Shown here: piece by piece, positions 25,054-28,308 of the stretch
Layout of the letters: each line of letters opens with the position of its first letter
Position numbering within the stretch: position 1 is the first letter of the stretch
Assembly (NCBI GenBank): GCA_050013715.1
Contig: JBEKES010000009.1
Span: 1 to 28,308, forward strand
Origin: Candidatus Micrarchaeaceae archaeon
GTDB lineage: Archaea; Micrarchaeota; Micrarchaeia; Micrarchaeales; Micrarchaeaceae
Reading direction: 5' to 3'
DNA: 28,308 nt
The notes under the pieces: model-generated
Seen by the model: the letters and a program-made list of their open reading frames with translations, nothing else
Databases searched by the model: none
What the model was told of the DNA's origin: nothing
Position numbers and translations under genes: made by a program

Positions 25054-28000
25054 ATGGGATGGGGGTCTCATAAGCTTTGGCTATTTCTAATTCTGGCGAT
25101 TGTAGTATTGCTTAGCGCTAATTTTATACGAAGTCCAAATGAGCAGAACACACTAAGTTTTCTAGGCGCTAATAGCATAAATGCAACTACCTCTACTACA
25201 ACAAGCATTACAATAAATTCAACAATTATTAATACAAGTTCATCAGCTAGTTCATCTATTAGTTCGTTAAACACAACAACCAGTCTTAGTACAACTACAA
25301 TTAGCATCAATACAACAATACCTACAACAAGTACACTAACAACAAGCTCTTCAACAACTACATCATCAACATCTCAACTAACGACTTCTCTTAATACTAC
25401 CACGATATTAGTATCATTAACAATATTATCAAATACAACAGAAATAAACCTTACAAACACATCCACATTATCAGAAGGTTCTCCATCAAAATTCTTCAAT
25501 GGAACAATAGAATTAGCAAATGTAACAACAAGTTACCAGGCACCTAATGTTGGTAATATCTACTTATACGCAACATCAAACTGGACTGCAACAACATTTA
25601 TACAACTTGACTCGACATTTGCACAGCCGATATTCCTTAATAATTCCTTTTTCAAAGCACTTAACATCAATCCAGACCAAGTGCAGGTATATCAATTTAT
25701 AACCGAATCTAAACAAACTAATACAATTGTAAGTAATCCGCTTCTTACAAATCTTAATTATACGTGCCAGCCAGTAGCTGGAAATACTGTAACATTGAAC
25801 TTTAACGGAACCAGTTTTACGTGCTACAATGGCAGGTCAAGGTTTACTGAAAATTACGTAAGTTCTAATACATTGCCGCCAATGGGCAATTCAATATTGA
25901 CAAATACTTCTTATAGACTTACTTATTCCAGCTATGTAACAAATACTTATGTTGTCAAAGAAACAAGAAACATAAGTTTCTGGCAACCAATAAATGGAAA
26001 CGTAACAATACTCGCAAACGGAGCAAACAAGTTCAAAATAATAGGACAGGGAATCCCAAGCAGGACTTACAATTGGGAATATCTTCTAACCACTGCAAAT
26101 GCAACTTCATATCCACAGGAGAACTTATCCCTAGTTGGAACAAATCAATCAAACTATAATTTCACAAAAATCAGAAATCTTCCAAAAACTTCAATAAATA
26201 TAGATCCCTCATGGATTATACCGAGCAGTGTAAACTACATAGCAAATATAACTCTAAACAATCTGCAATCAACAGCTCTTGTTGCTGGTACGCCCATATT
26301 CATCGGGGTCAACATGCTTAATTACTCACAGTATGCAAGTGGTACTAATCATAATTGGGAACTGTTCAATGGAATAACTGGTAACATCTTGTACCAATGG
26401 GATTCTGGAAACACAGCAAATGAATTGCAAACTACATCTACAAATACTGTTCAGGATTGGGGAATATGGACTGTATTACCTTCTCAGATAGTTGCTTCTA
26501 CTAATGCAGTTAATGTAATATCTCTTGGATTTCTACCAATGGGTTCGTCATCACTTAACGGAAACAATGTTGGTGAAGCACCTCAATTGTCAAGTACATA
26601 TAATGCATACGATAATGGTGCTAACATATTTACTGGATTGGGAGGGCAGTTCTGGACTTTTGGAGGTTTATCTACACTGCCTTCCTCGTGGTCACAGATA
26701 AGTTCAACTACAGTAACATTCAATGCAAGAAATACAATCATAGCAGCTCCAAACTCTGCTCAATGGTATGGAATATATGAAACTGCACCAACCTTAGTAA
26801 ATACCACGAATACTGTAGAAACACTAATGTTTCTGAATACGAACCAATCCTATTTTGGAGTGACTGCAGGCACAACCCAAATTGGGGGCTCAAAGAATGT
26901 TGCAGAACTTGCTGGTGATTTTGTATCGGGCAATTGCCCTAGTTCAAATTATTGCTTCGAATCTGGCGCAGGCAGCACTCTTGTATCAACACAACTAAGT
27001 CAATCTGGAGTTCCTAATGACATATCCTTGGTATTCGGAAACCCTTCCACAACATTAAACAGCATCACTGTAGGCAACACTTTAGGTTATAATACAATTC
27101 TAGGGCAGGAAACTGGAGGAAATGGTCATCCAGTAGATTTAGGTTATTTCACTGCAGGATGTACATCTGCATACGGTTATATTTGCGGAGAATTCTCTGT
27201 ATATTGGATGCTTGTAAGACATAATCCGCCAAACAACGCAATGCCAACCATAACATTTGAACCAGTACAAATAGCGACTCCTGCAATACCAACTATTACT
27301 GCGAGCATAACACCGACTATTGCTACAAATAAAAATGAGTTGTTTACCGCAACAGTATTCAGCAGCAATTCACCATATACTTACAACTATCTGGTAGTAA
27401 ATTCAGTAACAAATACCATCATCGAAAATATGCTCGTAACAAATGCGCTCACTTCAAATACTTGGACATGGCATGTACCTGCAAACTTAACTGGTAACAC
27501 AATAGAAGCCAATGTTACAGTTACAAACTCAAACACGATTCCAATTAAAGCAAATTCCATATATACTCCAATTATATCAATAACTTTCTCGCCATCTCCA
27601 GGCTCTCATATAATAAACATAAGCCTGGATAACCAGCAAACTAGCCCAATTACAGCAGGAACAACTATTTTATTGCCATTCAACGGGTTGAATTACTCGC
27701 AATATTTCAACGGAAATACAATCAATTTGGAGATATTCAACAGCATTACAGGCAACATACTATACGCATGGTTTGGCGGCAACTACCTTGATCCATCGCA
27801 AGTGGCTGGATTCAACACTGTATCAAATATACTGTTAGAATTTACTCTTCCGTCGCAAATTGCAGCAAGCACCAATGCGGTCAATGTCATAAGCATAGAC
27901 TTGATAAGTATGTCTTCTACTGCACTTAATGGCAACAATATGGGTTTGGCTCCCCAAATATACTGCGCTTCAGGTTGCCCTGCAACAAGCTATGGTCAAT

Positions 28001-28308
28001 ATGACAATGGAGCTAATGTTTATACGGTAGAATATCAGAACTTCAAAGGAACCTCATGCCCAACAGGATGGAGTTGCAGCGGAAGCTTGTATTCGATAAG
28101 CAATGGTGTGCAGATATCAAGCGGAACTGGATCTACAAGCGTTGTTACAACGGCTTCAGATTTCGGCACTGGCACGATATTAGATACTCTAGCAAAGAAT
28201 CTTGGTACACCTCCATCTGATGTAAACCTTGAATTAGGCTATGGCATTTCAAGCAGGGGCTCTGGCGGTGAAATAGATCTTGATGGTGCAGGAAGCAGCA
28301 GCATAGGT
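25054..28308 (+). CDS. Large secreted surface glycoprotein with a Ser/Thr linker and two DUF2341-like modules (at least 1085 aa, runs off window; absent from ORF track)
   Basis: ATG at 25054, MGWGSHKLWLFLILAIVVLLSA signal; no stop seen in the stretches translated by hand; repeated modules ITLNNLQ...GEAPQLSSTYNAYDNGANIF and ISLDNQQ...GLAPQIYCASGCPATSYGQYDNGANVY. Confidence 0.85.
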   Translation, partial: MGWGSHKLWLFLILAIVVLLSANFIRSPNEQNTLSFLGANSINATTSTTTSITINSTIINTSSSASSSISSLNTTTSLSTTTISINTTIPTTSTLTTSSSTTTSSTSQLTTSLNTTTILVSLTILSNTTEINLTNTSTLSEGSPSKFFNGTIELANVTTSYQAPNVGNIYLYATSNWTATTFIQLDSTFAQPIFLNNSFFKALNINPDQVQVYQFITESKQTNTIVSNPLLTNLNYTCQPVAGNTVTLNFNGTSFTCYNGRSRFTENYVSSNTLPPMGNSILTNTSYRLTYSSYVTNTYVVKETRNISFWQPINGNVTILANGANKFKIIGQGIPSRTYNWEYLLTTANATSYPQENLSLVGTNQSNYNFTKIRNLPKTSINIDPSWIIPSSVNYIANITLNNLQSTALVAGTPIFIGVNMLNYSQYASGTNHNWELFNGITGNILYQWDSGNTANELQTTSTNTVQDWGIWTVLPSQIVASTNAVNVISLGFLPMGSSSLNGNNVGEAPQLSSTYNAYDNGANIFTGLGGQFWTFGGLSTLPSSWSQISSTTVTFNARNTIIAAPNSAQWYGIYETAPTLVNTTNTVETLMFLNTNQSYFGVTAGTTQIGGSKNVAELAGDFVSGNCPSSNYCFESGAGSTLVSTQLSQSGVPNDISLVFGNPSTTLNSITVGNTLGYNTILGQETGGNGHPVDLGYFTAGCTSAYGYICGEFSVYWMLVRHNPPNNAMPTITFEPVQIATPAIPTITASITPTIATNKNELFTATVFSSNSPYTYNYLVVNSVTNTIIENMLVTNALTSNTWTWHVPANLTGNTIEANVTVTNSNTIPIKANSIYTPIISITFSPSPGSHIINISLDNQQTSPITAGTTILLPFNGLNYSQYFNGNTINLEIFNSITGNILYAWFGGNYLDPSQVAGFNTVSNILLEFTLPSQIAASTNAVNVISIDLISMSSTALNGNNMGLAPQIYCASGCPATSYGQYDNGANVYTVEYQNFKGTSCPTGWSCSGSLYSISNGVQISSGTGSTSVVTTASDFGTGTILDTLAKNLGTPPSDVNLELGYGISSRGSGGEIDLDGAGSSSIG

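Noticed and set aside
25180..25410. ACA/ACT-rich repetitive DNA and antisense ORF 25068-25310
   Set aside because: Explained by the Thr/Ser linker of the plus-strand surface protein.
1..28308. Integrase, transposase or reverse transcriptase serving the arrays
   Set aside because: No tracked or hand-translated ORF showed recognisable tyrosine/serine recombinase, DDE, DEDD, HUH or RT motifs; any such enzyme must be outside the window.

Overview
Chromosomal window from a small-genome archaeon. It is most consistent with DPANN/Micrarchaeota, judging from GGTG Shine-Dalgarno motifs, an archaeal CCA enzyme, Trm1, TyrRS, a BHB tRNA intron and DUF2341-like surface proteins. A housekeeping core (about 5.7-23.4 kb) holds tRNA-Ala, cca, an AK6-type kinase, DUF357, trm1, an intron-containing tRNA-Leu, GT4 plus sulfatase, tyrS, a PadR/ABC exporter operon, a NikR-like regulator with a Zn/Mn ABC importer, and a VOC protein. 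Both ends are accessory regions cut into small gene cassettes by composite repeats: [hairpin]-[11-nt copy of a tRNA 3' end]-[ACGT...AATT arm]. The left array uses TGGACTCGGCG, identical to the adjacent tRNA-Ala end. The right array uses AGCCCCAGGAG, a tRNA-Gln-like end. Both arrays share the arm motif and no recombinase is encoded in the window, which suggests a tRNA-anchored, integron-like cassette system. Separately, cca is bracketed by 24-bp inverted repeats that encode the same peptide (MEDNKYGL) at the cca N-terminus and the kinase C-terminus, so an inversion would give an in-frame kinase-CCA fusion. All family calls are from motif recognition by eye, without database searches.
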